The translations under genes were made by a program, and so were the position numbers. The notes below the pieces were generated by a model. That model ran no database searches. It saw only the letters and a list, made by a program, of their open reading frames with translations, and had not been told where the DNA came from. A stretch of DNA of 57,635 nucleotides, filler included, from Squatina squatina (taxonomy: Eukaryota), in assembly GCA_031763465.1 (NCBI GenBank). It is 3 parts of 3 records of this genome, joined end to end, with 100 filler letters (N's around TTAATTAATTAA, not from the genome) between each part and the next. Parts side by side here need not be neighbours in the genome. Positions count along the whole stretch, not along the records: positions 1 to 29,428 come from JARFOE010000234.1; positions 29,529 to 44,925 come from JARFOE010000001.1; 1 more part is not named here. One strand, 5' to 3'. This document shows positions 26,797 to 38,793 of the stretch, piece by piece; positions within the stretch are counted from its first letter, which is position 1; the number at the start of each line of letters is the position of its first letter.

Positions 26797-27150
26797 GCAC
26801 ATTTTTTTTCCTTCAGGTACTTATCCAATTCCCGTTTGAAAGCCACAATTGAATCTGCCTCCACCACCCTTTCAAGCAGCGCATTCCAGATCCTCACTGT
26901 GTAAAAAAGCTTTTCCTCATGTCGCCTTTGGTTTTTTTGTCAATCACCTTAAATCTGTGGCCTCTGGGTCGAGAACCTTCCACCAATGGGAACAGTTTCT
27001 CTCTATGTATTCTTGTCTAGACCGCTCATGATTTTGAACACCTCTATCAAATTTCCTCTCAATCTTCTCTGCTCAAAGAGAAACAACCACAGCCTCTCCA
27101 GTCTATCATAACTAAAGTCCCTCATCCCTGGAACATTCTTGCAAATCTTT
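26797..27150 (-). mobile_element. CR1 LINE 3' fragment
   Basis: RIWNALLERVVEADSIVAFKRELDKYLK on the - strand. Confidence 0.88.
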
Positions 27151-29472
27151 CCCTGGACAATCAGGATGAATGGGATATTTCTGTGCTGTCAGCATGTGCG
27201 TACATTGTGTTTCCTTTGATTCCTACTGTTCCCAAGGCACTAAGTACATGTGTCTTTTTATCAACTTATAATTAAAAAATTTCTACAGGAAACAATCTTG
27301 TTGAAGGTATAATAATAGTTAGCACTGTTAAATAAATCATAATGTTCACACATCTGGATAAGCAAATGTTCACATCTTACAATGTGCACCTTTTCCCAGA
27401 ACAGACTAGCCTCAATTTTTGAGATTGGCAGCTATTTCTTGGCTTTAGTAGTGTACTGTACTAAGCCACATGCAATGGATTATAGCAACACCAGATGACT
27501 GGATCTAGTCCAGTAAACACAAGCCCCAGGCTAGCGGGAAGTGAGCAAGGACAAAATGATTACTGTCAAGATGAGCTAATTGGTTTTATGGCTTAGTGTT
27601 TCTTGTGCCCTTTCTGTTGCAGTGATGTACATTGATCTAATCTTTATCAATGGACCACTGTGGTTTTTGCCACACTACTTCAATATAGTTATTCAACCAA
27701 GCTTTAACTTCTAAAACAGCTCTTGGTTTAAAAACGGCTTCTTGGAAAGCAACAACTCGAATCTTCCCCATGATAATTGACAATCTGTTTCTATTTATGC
27801 CACAGCTGTAGTCTCGTTGATCCCTTATTTGCCATACTACAAGGTTTGCCAGCTGAAGTCACCAAGCTGTTTAGTAAACAATTCTAAAGTTTAGGTTCAG
27901 GCAACTCTCACAGATGTTTAACCATTTCACAACTTAATGGGTCATTCAACATAATATACAGCAGCTCCAAAACAACTTTAAACCTTTCTATATCTTTTTT
28001 AGAATTATAGAATATTACAGCTCAGAAGGAGACCATTTGGCCCTATCACACCTGTGCTGACTCTCTGTATTGTTATGATCCATTGCATGTGGCTTCGTAA
28101 CCACTTAAGGTCCTGTTCACCATACCCTTTAAAAAAATTATTTTTCAAATCTTTGCCCATTTTCCTTTTAACAGTTATCATGGATTCGGGTTTCCACCAA
28201 TGTTTCTGGCAACTCTGAATGTAAAAACAATTATTTAACCATTCCTTAGATTCATTAGTGATCTTGTTCTATATCTTTATCTATCTTTTATAATTATTGA
28301 CGCAGACATTTTTTATTCCTCCCAGGGAAGTAGGTACAGCCTCCATCATTGATTGAATTGCAGAAAATTATTCAAGAGTTAGGAAACTTCACACAGTGCC
28401 TAACATTTTTCCTCCCTTTATCATGAGGACGACAGCTCCCCANNNNNNNNNNNNNNNNNNNNNNNNNNNNNNNNNNNNNNNNNNNNNNNNNNNNNNNNNN
28501 NNNNNNNNNNNNNNNNNNNNNNNNNNNNNNNNNNNNNNNNNNCCTCATCTCTTAAAAGTCTTAAATGGCCTACCCCCTATTCTGAGACTGTGGCCTGAGA
28601 GTGATAGTTAGCTCTAGGATTGTAACTCCTGCCCTTAGGTTGGCTTTCAAGTGCTCAGTTGCTTGATCTACTAGACTGCTCTGTGAAAATAATATTGATT
28701 GACTTTGAGATTGGCACATTGAATAATATTATGGTAAATAATGTGACATATTATTTGAGCAAAACCATAAAGTGTGGATGAACCTTTTAGAATAATTTTC
28801 ATAAATTTTATCAGGCTTATTACAGCAGGAGATGCAAATATATTTTTCTCATGGTGTAAGCTGTTACTTAAAAAGTTAAGTGCATGAACTGATGAGAAAT
28901 TATTTGAAAATATTCTGGGAGCAGTGATATGCTCACCGATAACTAATTTCCTCCCATTCCTAAAATGCTGAAATGTAAATAATGAAAGTGGAAACCAGAA
29001 AAAATAGCTCGTCAAGAACTTGTTAACTGCTTGTTAGTGTATGAAATTAACTGGTTGCTTGGAACCAGTTAGTACTTTACCTAAGGTAGAACCGATATGA
29101 ATTACATCTGTGGTTAATTTTCAAACAGAGATGAAGCGGTCTAAGTCTCAGAGGGAGATACTATTTGAAGCAGTCTCACTGCTGCCATCAGTATCGTCAA
29201 CCTTGCAATCCTCAGCAATGGGTGGGAGCCCCAGCTAGCTGCAGCTCACCTCCTTTGAGATGAAAATGCTGTAGAGGACTTCACATGCACTTCAGTTTGA
29301 CGATTGGCTGGCTGATTTTTTGTGGGTCCAGTTCAACAGCACCACTTGATGTCCGATCAGGGTGAATTTCTACCACAGGTCACTAGCTGACAATTAGTGT
29401 TGATTCCTATCCAGCCCAGGGATGGTGANNNNNNNNNNNNNNNNNNNNNNNNNNNNNNNNNNNNNNNNNNNN

Positions 29473-29484
29473 TTAATTAATTAA
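29473..29484. other. Artificial six-frame-stop scaffold linker
   Basis: TTAATTAATTAA flanked by 44 N on each side (100 nt in total). It is palindromic and places TAA in every frame. Confidence 0.97.
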
Positions 29485-29689
29485 NNNNNNNNNNNNNNNN
29501 NNNNNNNNNNNNNNNNNNNNNNNNNNNNTAAATCTGGGGACAGTGCTGCAAATCCTGAATTGTTGTGCCTGGTTAAACATTGTGCAGCACAAGTGCATGA
29601 AATCATAGGGTTGCTGAGTCAGCTGTACAATAAATAGAGAAGCGATTACGGGTCTATCTCTCAGCCCTGGGCAAATCCATGCAGTTCAA

Positions 29690-30830
29690 GAACAATTTGT
29701 ATTTATACAGCTCAATTAATGATGTAAAACGTCTCAAGGCTCTTCACAGGAGCGTTATCAAACAAAACTTGACACCAAGCCACATCAGGAGATTTTAGGA
29801 CATGTGACCAAAAGCTTGGTCAAAGAAGTAGGATTTAAGGGGCGTCTTCAAAGAGGAGAGAGAAGGAGGGAGGCAGAGAGGTTTAGGGAGGGAATTCCAG
29901 AGCTTAGGCCCTTGGCAGCTGAAGGCAATGCTGCCAATGGTGGAGTGATTAAAACTGGTGCTGCTCGAGAAGCCAGGATTGGAGGAGAGCAGATATCTCG
30001 GAGGGCTGGAGGAGGTTAGAGATAGGAAGGGACGAGGCCATGGGGGCATTTGAAAATAAGGATGAGGCATTTCAAAATAAGGATGAGAATTTTAAAATTG
30101 AAGAATTGCTGGACCAGGAGCCAATGCAAGGCAGCGAGCAAATGGGTGAACGGGACTTGGTGCGAGTTCGGATATGGGCAACAGTAGAGTTTTGGAGGAG
30201 CTCAAGATTATGTGGGGTGGAAGATGGGAGCCCGGCATTGGAATAGTCAAGTCTAGAGGTGACAAAGGCACAGATGAGGGTTCCAGCAGCAGATAAGATG
30301 AGGCAGAGGCAGAGTTGGGGGATGGTAGGGAGGTAGGTGTAGGCCGTCATGGTAATGGCGCGGATATGTGTTCGGAAGCTCATCTTGGGGTCAAATACGC
30401 CACCAGGGTTATGAGCGGTCTGGTTCAACCTCAGATGGTTGCCGGGGAGAGAGATGAAGTCAACGGCTAGTGAACGGAGTTTGTGGCGGGGCCAGAAATC
30501 AATGGCTTTGGTCTTCCCAATACTTAGTTGGAGGAAATTTCTGCTCATCCAATACTGGATGTCGTGCATGCAGTCTGACAATTTAGAGACTGTGGAAGGT
30601 TCGAGGGCGCTGGTGGTGAGGTAGAGCTGACATGTGAACCCTAATGTGTTTTCACGTGATGTTGCCGAGGGGCAGCATGTAGATGAGAAATAGGAGGGTG
30701 CCAAAGATGGAGCCTTGAGAGACTCCAGGGGTAATGGTGCAGGAGCTGGAAGTGAAGCCATTGCAGCTGATTCTCTGTCTATGAATAGATAGATAAGAAT
30801 TGAACCAGGCGAGTGCAGTCCCACCCAGCT
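29690..30830 (-). mobile_element. L2-clade LINE 3' portion (decayed RT C-terminus plus tail)
   Basis: QLYLTT...LSDCMHDIQYWMSRNFLQLSIGKT, LICAFVTSRLDYSNA and AFSCQGPKLWNSLP...FKT-like LKSYFFDQAF are L2 ORF2 motifs. Confidence 0.92.
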
Positions 30831-31258
30831 AGTTCCCATCGCAGGACCCATTGCTGCAGGTGCTTTCATGCAACATTTGATACTCCAACACAAGAAGGAG
30901 AAAAAAGTGGCAAAAATATTTTTTTAAATTTGGATAGTGTACCGAAAATGCAGGGAAGAGATTGCAATCGAGAGTTTCAACACCATGTAAAACTGTACAT
31001 TTCATTTGTAAGTTGCACTTTTACCAAATTAAGTGCTTTTTAATTTATAATCAAGTGGTCTTGAATTCCTTTGATCTTATGACTTCAAACTTGGGTGTCT
31101 TGCAGCTTGTCTCCATTTTCTCACAGGATTGCAGATAAACTTGCTGTCAAATTTATTATCCACATTACTTGGAGGAAGCAGGCTAACTGAGTTGCGTGCT
31201 AAACCTTTTAAATTGTATTTGCCATGTATCCTTAAGTAAGACTTTTTGCTATTTCCAG

Positions 31259-31356
31259 ACTTTATCTTTTGCCCTGGCTGACCAGGAGGGAGCCACAGTC
31301 ATTTTAGCAAACGACCCAGATGCTGACCGACTTGCTGTTGCTGATAAACAAGAGAG
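31259..31356 (+). CDS. PGM2: Phosphoglucomutase 2 internal exon (metal-binding loop)
   Basis: ttccag|ACT...GAG AG|gtatgc, 98 nt. Encodes TLSFALADQEGATVILANDPDADRLAVADKQE with the DPDADR motif, closer to PGM2 (TLSFALAD) than to PGM2L1. Confidence 0.95.
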
Positions 31357-32195
31357 GTATGCAGTAAATACATAAATTTGTCATTGAATTATGCAAGCAT
31401 TTTGAAAGATGCTATAGCACTTTTCCTATGCACACTAGTTCCCTAATGACTGCATTCAGATAAAGTTTCAGAACCTTCAGGCTGTGTGAATGACATGTTG
31501 AAAATGTTGCATGACGTGTCCATTTCTGATGGTTTTTGGCATGCATCACATGGTGTAGATAGCTACAGATTAGTTATTACTTATCTCCCCACAGATTGAG
31601 TGTTAGAACTAGAGGGTAGGAAGCCTGCTTCGTGCCCTAATTGGGATTTTCGATGGGAGATAAATTATTGCTGTTCCAAATTATTGCTTTCTCCATATAA
31701 TGCATCAAAATATTTTGTGCCATATAAGACATTTCTAAACTATTCTCATTCATCGGTTAGAATTCCAGACTTTTCTTCAGCCCATTTGCAATACTCAGGA
31801 CTAATTTATTGGGTGGATTTCTTTCAAAAAGGGGAAAGTTGGAAAATATGCAGACCGGCACCAAGCACCATGGAGAAGTCAACCTCATAGTAATTACATC
31901 TCTTTCCCTCCAATGACTATCTGGATTCAGCAGTTGGTGAAGAGTAAGCCTGGCACATGGCATTGAACTTGGATGTTTAGAGCACCAGGGTTACTGGCAT
32001 GTCACCAATTATGCACGAGTCCTAAATAATGAAGAAATTCTCAGCCTTGGACTAATGTTTGATGATAAACAATAACTAGAGGCTAGCTATGTGCCCATAT
32101 ATCCAGGATTTTGGTTGCAGAGGCAGTTGACTGCTGCTGAAGCTCTGCAATTCCAGCTCAGGAAATCACTATTTTGGGGGGTTTTGTTGTGTCCC

Positions 32196-33168
32196 TGCTA
32201 TGGTCAGGAGGATCATGGCAGTGCATTCACATATTTTATTGAGTTGTGCTGTTCATCACCATGTGACTCATGAGTTCCCGGCACCTAGTGGTATTTGCAT
32301 CTAGTGAGGGCTCAAACTCACTCTTGTCAGTCAATTAATAGTCAACAGTGACTATGCCCTTGTAGGGAGAGGGGAAAGAAGAGGCCAGTGGGGTCTTGAC
32401 AGGTAGAATTAGCTCCAAGACAACACATCAACTGCTAGCAGTTTGGAGCAAAGTCAATCCTCCACGGAAGAATCAATAAGATCCATGTAGGTCCATACTA
32501 CTCCAGGACACTAATGGAAGGCAGCCTCCGCATCAAGGAGCGTGGAGGGGTAGATCTGTCACTGGGGCTGGAATTCATCACAGTTAGCTCCAGGTTTTAG
32601 CTGGACGAGCAGTCGGCAGCTTACTCGGGCTCTGTACTGGTAAGCTATGTGGTGTTAGACAAATTTGTCAGATTCAAACTATATGCCTCTAATTTGGTTC
32701 AGAACTCTCAGTGAAGGCACTTCACAACATTATCCTTTTAATTATTGTTAAGTCACAGATTCAACAGAAAAGAAAGCCTGCAAAGTCCTATAAACAAACT
32801 ATCTTCAATAAACCACAAAGAACAGACCATACATTACCCATCCGGGAGACACCAATAAATCTGCTGACCTGGATTAAATCCATTGTGCATGCATTCTTCC
32901 AGGGGCTGTAGTCTCGGAGCTGCTCGAACTCTCACCTTATAAACTCCAAGGTCCCAGGTGCACGTGACCAGTGGCACATCTACCCAATACACGCTAATAC
33001 CAAAAGAGTTCAAAATAATTCTGTAGAAGGAGAAACTAATAAGTGAACATATACTGTATCTAGAGTTCAGTTAACAAGCTGAATTCCTAACTAACAAGCA
33101 AACATCTATCTATCTGCAGTTCAGTTGATAAGATGTATAGAATCCCGTATTCCTGTTACCTTATCACA
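32196..33168 (-). mobile_element. Possible solo LTR
   Basis: On the - strand it begins TGTGATAA and ends TAGCA, with TTTATAA near 32940 and AATAAA near 32236. No target-site duplication found. Confidence 0.25.
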
Positions 33169-33906
33169 CAGCACTTTCTTTCTGGAATTAATGACTGTAC
33201 AACCAGGTGGATCTACTGAGCACATGTCTGTCTGTTTTTAATTCCACATTTCTTCAGTACATTGACACTACAGTCCAGTATTAATTCTGCATTTTAGTAC
33301 ATTCATTCTCATCTAAGCTTATCAATTAACTTACACAGGCATGACCCGATTAAGAATACTGGTGCCTGCATCATGAAGGNNNNNNNNNNNNNNNNNNNNN
33401 NNNNNNNNNNNNNNNNNNNNNNNNNNNNNNNNNNNNNNNNNNNNNNNNNNNNNNNNNNNNNNNNNNNNNNNNNNNNNNNGCAAGTTTTACAGGGTGATCT
33501 TAATTGGCTCTGTGTTAAATGACGATCAGGAAAATTCTGTTTCTCGTGTGGACTTGGGGTGCTGCACTCTGTAATTGAAAATGGAAATTCTTCAAAGTAA
33601 GTATTGGTGCAAATAGTCATGTAATGTGTCTGACATTTAGGCATTTAGATGATGCATGATGGTGACATATGGAATTATATGGTGCTAAGTCAGACATAAG
33701 TCACAAATACTGCAGCCACAAGTGAGTATTCAAGGTCCAACACATGTATTTTCTCTTTTGTACACATTACATTCGGAAGGGAATTTAATGATCATGCACT
33801 ACTGCATTTCAGGTTACTGTGGGAGTAATTTGACCTTGTTGGTGTCGAATAAAACGGTTTGCTATTTATATAACAAGTTTTTTCTTGATATCTTTCTTTT
33901 ATCCAG

Positions 33907-34096
33907 ATACGGTTATCATCTCACAAGGGCTTCGTACTTCATCTGTCATAATCCTGAGACAATTGCTAGATTATTCCAGAATTTACGAAATAATAATAAA
34001 ACAAACCAATACCCAAAAACCTGTGGGAAATTTGAAATTTCTGACATTCGAGATTTAACCACTGGCTATGATAGCAGCCAACCAGACAAAAAGGCT
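33907..34096 (+). CDS. PGM2: Phosphoglucomutase 2 internal exon
   Basis: atccag|A TAC...AAG GCT|gtaagt, 190 nt. Encodes YGYHLTRASYFICHNPETIARLFQNLRN...YPKTCGKFEISDIRDLTTGYDSSQPDKKA. Confidence 0.96.
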
Positions 34097-34338
34097 GTAA
34101 GTGAAGTTACCTTAAATTTAAGATGTGTCAGCAGAGGGAACCAGTGATACTTAAACATTTGAATCAGTGCTAAACTTCATATGCTTCTTATGAGCAATTC
34201 ATGATCCTCTTGCTTTTTTAGGCAAATATGCTCTGACAGTAAATTTTAGTCAGCAAAGCTTTCACAGCTTTTTAAATGAGTTGTGATGCTTTTGAAGAAT
34301 TTAGAATGGTGAGTTGTATGCTAGAGATGTTGCATCGA

Positions 34339-34562
34339 CAAGAGGTTTTCAAACTTCTCTGTGTAAATATTGATGCTCTTTTGGGCAGTCCTGTTTTAAC
34401 TTCTATAGGACATTGTTAAAGAAAATATTTTATTAATATACAGCAACAGAAATAAAATTCTAGTAAGTCAACAGTTTGAAAAATTGAACACGATATCATA
34501 ACAGAAATCACATAACCTGAGGTGGCCCACCAGGTCCAAAGAGCCCAGTGTGAAAACCTATG
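34339..34562. mobile_element. Decayed hAT (Charlie-like) MITE
   Basis: Imperfect inverted termini caagaggttttcaaact and agtgtgaaaacctatg. Confidence 0.35.
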
Positions 34563-34999
34563 GTGTAGAAATGTGTGTATTTAAGTATGTAAAATAAAAT
34601 TCATTGTAGTCTGCAGTTTTCTCTTTGGTCTAATGACTAATCAGTAAAAATAATTTAAGTAACTGTCTGCCCATCTGTATTTTAGGTGCTTCCAACCAGT
34701 AANNNNNNNNNNNNNNNNNNNNNNNNNNNNNNNNNNNNNNNNNNNNNNNNNNNNNNNNNNNNNNNNNNNNNNNNNNNNNNNNNNNNNNNNNNNNNNNNNN
34801 NNCGGAGAGTCTCTCATCCCTTCTGCCTGCCGGGCTCTGACTGAACATATACTGCAACTACAGGCTTGGTACTACCTGCTTCATCACCAGGAGAAAGTTC
34901 CTTGCAGTGTAAACCCCTACCGCAGACATGAAGCCTGGCATTTACTGAATGCAAAACAAAGAGAATGCAGATGAATTTGTAACTTGTGAAGGAGAGATT

Positions 35000-35238
35000 G
35001 CGGTGAGGCTTCAGCGGCACTGTGCTGGGGACTGAGCTTATTCTGGTAAATTTGGAAGGTGAGCTGCACGCTGTGGGCGGATGTCAGTCGGAGACTCGCT
35101 TGGAACCCGCGCCCTCTGTCACTGCAGCCACAGTAAGACCGGCCTGGCTGCAAAGCCAAGCAATGCCCTGTGCCTGTCCTCTGGGGCTGACCCGGGGCAG
35201 ACTGGCATCGCTCTGAGTTGGAGCGGCGGTGGCCGAGG
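35000..35238 (+). promoter_or_regulatory. GC/CpG-rich 5' region (promoter or 5' UTR) of TBC1D1
   Basis: CpG density rises toward the ATG at 35239. There is an in-frame upstream stop at 35188-35190. Confidence 0.5.
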
Positions 35239-35470
35239 ATGGAAGGCAGCAGGAGGCTGGCAGTGGGCGCCGCCAGTCCCAGCCTCGGGCAGGGGGACGG
35301 CCGCGATCACAGGCTCTCGCCGGCAGCCGGGGGCAGCGGCCAGGGGCGGCGGTTCAGCCTGCAGCTGGTGGGCTCGGCGCCGGTTCACCAGCTCACCACC
35401 ATGCCTATGCTGCCCTGGGTGGTGGCTGAGGTGCGCAGGCGGAGCGCCCGGGGCTCGGGGAGCCGCAGGG
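35239..35470 (+). CDS. TBC1D1: TBC1 domain family member 1, first coding exon (start of PTB domain 1; 3' end lost in gap)
   Basis: ATG in strong context (aggATGg). Encodes ...RRFSLQLVGSAPVHQLTTMPMLPWVVAEVRRRS, matching recalled TBC1D1 LQLVGSLPVHSLTTMPMLPWVVAEVRR. Lies downstream of PGM2 as in human. Confidence 0.93.
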
Positions 35471-35644
35471 NNNNNNNNNNNNNNNNNNNNNNNNNNNNNN
35501 NNNNNNNNNNNNNNNNNNNNNNNNNNNNNNNNNNNNNNNNNNNNNNNNNNNNNNNNNNNNNNNNNNNNNNAATTCTTCTAATTTCCCTCTTCATTCTTCT
35601 AGGATAATCCTGACTCTATTCCCCCTTGTTAGTGACTGCCAACT

Positions 35645-36045
35645 AGTCGAAACAGTTTTTTTTCCTATTTAATGTCTCTAAACTTTGCATAATTTGATAC
35701 ATTTCTATTAGATCTAACTTAACCTTCTCTGTTCCACTGGGGGAAAAACATATTTTCAAGCTTTTCTGACGAACTATAACCTCTAACTCCTGGTAATATT
35801 GTATTGAATCTTTACTGTATCTTTCTGATAAATCTGACATGCTCTCCATAAATGAATGCCCAGGCCTGCATGGATACTCAAAGCGTGGTTGAACCAATGT
35901 CTTGTACACATTTTAACATCATTTTTTTGCTTTCATATTGCATGCCCCTATTGCCAATCCCACTTGCCTTTTTAATGAACTATTTACCATCTTTGTAGAT
36001 GTGTGTATCTGCACACCTAGATCTCTCAGTTTTTCCACTTCTGAA
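35645..36045 (-). mobile_element. Decayed CR1 fragment
   Basis: YKTLVQPRFEY...DLIEMYQIMQSLE on the - strand. Confidence 0.75.
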
Positions 36046-37112
36046 GCATGTGGGAAAAGTTAAAGAACATTTAAATCCAGCACTGAAAGAGTTAACAGGA
36101 AAGCCAGGCAGTTTAAGCCGAATGCCGAATCCCACAGTCAAGTAGGAAGTTGCAGTTCAGTCTCAGTATCCTGCTGCTTGGAATCAACAGAAAATTGCCT
36201 CAGGTTAGGGGTCAGTAAGAATGTCATTTGATTGCATGAGACTGCTGGGTGTGATGCCATTGAGTGAGAGTTCATTTAGGGGCTTGGAGCGGCTTGTTCT
36301 TACTGGAGGTCAGTCATGAAGGCAAGATTGCAGAAACTAAACTTTCTTAAGTTGGATGTTGGATATGAGAAAGAAATCAAGGTATATGTAAATATTGTTA
36401 ACTTAGTTTTAACACTCAGGGCTGTAACTGTTTATTATCAGTTCAAGGCAGTTGAGTGTTAAGTGACTTTGTTTGAGACTGTTGCCTATTGTAAAAAGTC
36501 CAACCACAACTAGCAGCATGGTAGTGTGTAGTAATTTAAGTGCATTGTCTGAAACAAAGGAAATTGGTACCCTGTGCTTCAATGGTCGTGTTCCAGGACT
36601 CAAATGTAAATGAAGTCATAGAGTTTAGTGAAATTGGAGCATAGCAAGAACTGTTGGTGCTGACATCAGAGGATGCTGTGCTGTGATTTTATCACACATT
36701 ATATAGGAGGCAATAAAACATTGTTGGGTTTTATTTTTTAGTTTGTACTGGGATGGAAGGGTGTGAGTTTTGAAAGATTCACAGATCACAGCATGCTAAT
36801 ATTGACCATATGTAACCTGGAAATTCTCAGTAGATTCAATTCATTCTGTATCCCTTTTATTGGTTGTCACTAGATTTGCAGAAATTTCTGCTTGTGATAT
36901 GTTCCATGTTTGTGTGAGATATACAAGTGTTAGTATTAACATGTTTTAATGAATGAACATGTTACCCAGATTTGTATGTACCTTTGTTTCTGTGTGCGCG
37001 TAGAATACAAACCGATACGACACGTGTAATATATCAGCTGAGAGTTGTGCTATGTGTAGTTACAGAATTGGGCTCTAAGTTCCCATGCTGGGTCTTAACA
37101 CCCTTTTTTTTC

Positions 37113-37207
37113 AGAAACCGATAATGCTAGAAACTCATCGCAGGTCAGTCAACATATGTGGAGAGAACAAAGGATCAGTATTTCAAACTAAGTCCTTCTT
37201 CAGAACT
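37113..37207 (-). mobile_element. Penelope terminal-repeat fragment (left arm of an inverted pair)
   Basis: The reverse complement reads AGTTCTGAAGAAGGACTTAGTTTGAAA...TGTTGACTGACCTG and matches 37518-37600. Confidence 0.65.
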
Positions 37208-37517
37208 CCAGCCCGACAACCCTCGCAGATCTCTGCGCTCCTCCAATTCAAGCCTTTTATGCATCCCTGATTTTTTTTTTAATCGCTCCACCATTGGTGG
37301 CCATGTTTGCAGCTGCCAAGACCCTAAATTTCCTCCTAAACCTCTCTACTTCTTTCTCCTCCTTTTAGACGCTCCTTAAAACCTACCACTTTGACCAAAC
37401 CTGTCCTAATGGCTCCTTACCTGGCTCAGTGTCAAATGTTGTTTGGTACTGCTCCTGCGAAGCACCTTGGGACGTTTTAATAAGTTAAAGGTGCTATATA
37501 AATGTTGGTTATTGTTG
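37208..37517 (+). mobile_element. L2 LINE 3' end, 5'-truncated
   Basis: Same sequence family as the reverse complement of 29690-30010, with a (ttg)n-like tail. Confidence 0.88.
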
Positions 37518-37630
37518 TAAAGAAGGACATAGTGCAAAACATTGGTCTCTCTGTTCCTTCCATGTACTGTTGACTGACCTGTGTATTTCCAGAATTTTCT
37601 ATTCTTCGATTTCTAGCATTTGCAGATTTT
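37518..37630 (+). mobile_element. Penelope terminal-repeat fragment (right arm of an inverted pair)
   Basis: taaagaaggacatagtgcaaaacattgg...tgttgactgacctgtgtatttccagaattttct. Confidence 0.6.
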
Positions 37631-37706
37631 TCTTGGATTTGTATTCACCATTTTTCTTTTGCGCCCTGCTCCTGACAATTTTATTAATTTCTCTTCTAAA
37701 GGCAAT

Positions 37707-38149
37707 GGGGCCTCAATTCAGCAGCGCCGAAACCGGCTGCTGCCTGCGGGACCCCGTAGCCCGCCCTGCGCCGCGTCACTGCAGATGCACAGCGATGCAG
37801 CCTTGGGCTCTTGGGTGACTTTTCAGGTCAGTGCAACGTGGCAACACTAAATCAGCGTTGCCATGGCGCTGACCCAGCCAATGCTGCGTCGCATCCAGGT
37901 TGCGCCAGCAGCGTGGCGTGAGCCACCGCACATGTGCGAGCCACGGCCCCGCCCCCTGCCATAAAGGGCCGCAGGCTTGCGACGCCAAGGAGGATCCAGA
38001 CTCTCAGGTAAGTTTAAAAATTCTTTCGAGGGTGCTGGCATTGCCAGATAGCATGGCGACAAAGGGAGGGGCTCCTCGGGGTAGATCGGCCGCCAGACAT
38101 CGACCAATGTTTAAAGATGGCGGCCGAGGGCGCAGGCCATGTGCCTTTA
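37707..38149. mobile_element. Left part of a GC-rich MITE
   Basis: Starts ggggcctcaattc, is CpG-rich and ends at a gap. Confidence 0.5.
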
Positions 38150-38303
38150 NNNNNNNNNNNNNNNNNNNNNNNNNNNNNNNNNNNNNNNNNNNNNNNNNNN
38201 NNNNNNNNNNNNNNNNNNNNNNNNNNNNNNNNNNNNNNNNNNNNNNNNNCTCATGTGTTGCTTTTAAATGGTGGTTCTGAATCCTTCTCTTTTGGTCCCT
38301 CAG

Positions 38304-38793
38304 GTTCCTGAGATCATCAGTACTATCCGTCAGGCTGGGAAGACAGTACGACAGGAAGAGGTGCAAATCCGCATACATGATGACGATTCATTTGCTCAGA
38401 AGTATGAGGTCTTGTTTGTCGGGAAGGTGACCGTGGCACACAAGAAAGCTCCACCAGCACTAATTGATGAATGTATCGAAAAATTCAACCACCTCCAAGA
38501 ACACGACAAGGATGAGAGAAAAGAAGTAGTAGAGGAGAAAAGAACGGAGAGACCACTGACTGAGAACTCGTGGCTCTTAAGTTCCAAACTTCTAACCCCA
38601 TTAGTGCAGAAGAGGAACAAATCTGCTCCTAAGCTGACTGTTCAGGATGAACCTCCGGTCACACTGTCACAGAGTATTCTGGAGAAATGTGGCTCACTTC
38701 ACGTCAGCAGCGGTTCAGACTGTGTTGGAGCAGAAAGTGGAGCATTTTGGTCGAACACATGCCTTTGTTTCTACTCAGCAACTTCCTGCAAAA
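38304..38793 (+). CDS. TBC1D1: TBC1D1 exon (PTB1 end, PTB2 start and insert); 3' boundary uncertain
   Basis: ccctcag|GTT CCT GAG. Encodes VPEIISTIRQAGK...FAQKYEVLFVGKVTVAHKKAPPALIDECIEKFNH. The best donor I see is AAA|gtgggt at 38794; the frame stops at 38814-38816. Confidence 0.9.

Noticed and set aside
30046-30087. 21-nt tandem duplication
   Set aside because: A local slippage inside a dead L2 copy; two units only, not an array.
30072-30893. 273-aa ORF as a host gene
   Set aside because: It is a frameshifted mosaic of L2 reverse transcriptase sequence.
35081-35470. Several overlapping ORFs on both strands
   Set aside because: Stop codons are scarce in GC-rich DNA; only the TBC1D1 frame has recognisable homology.
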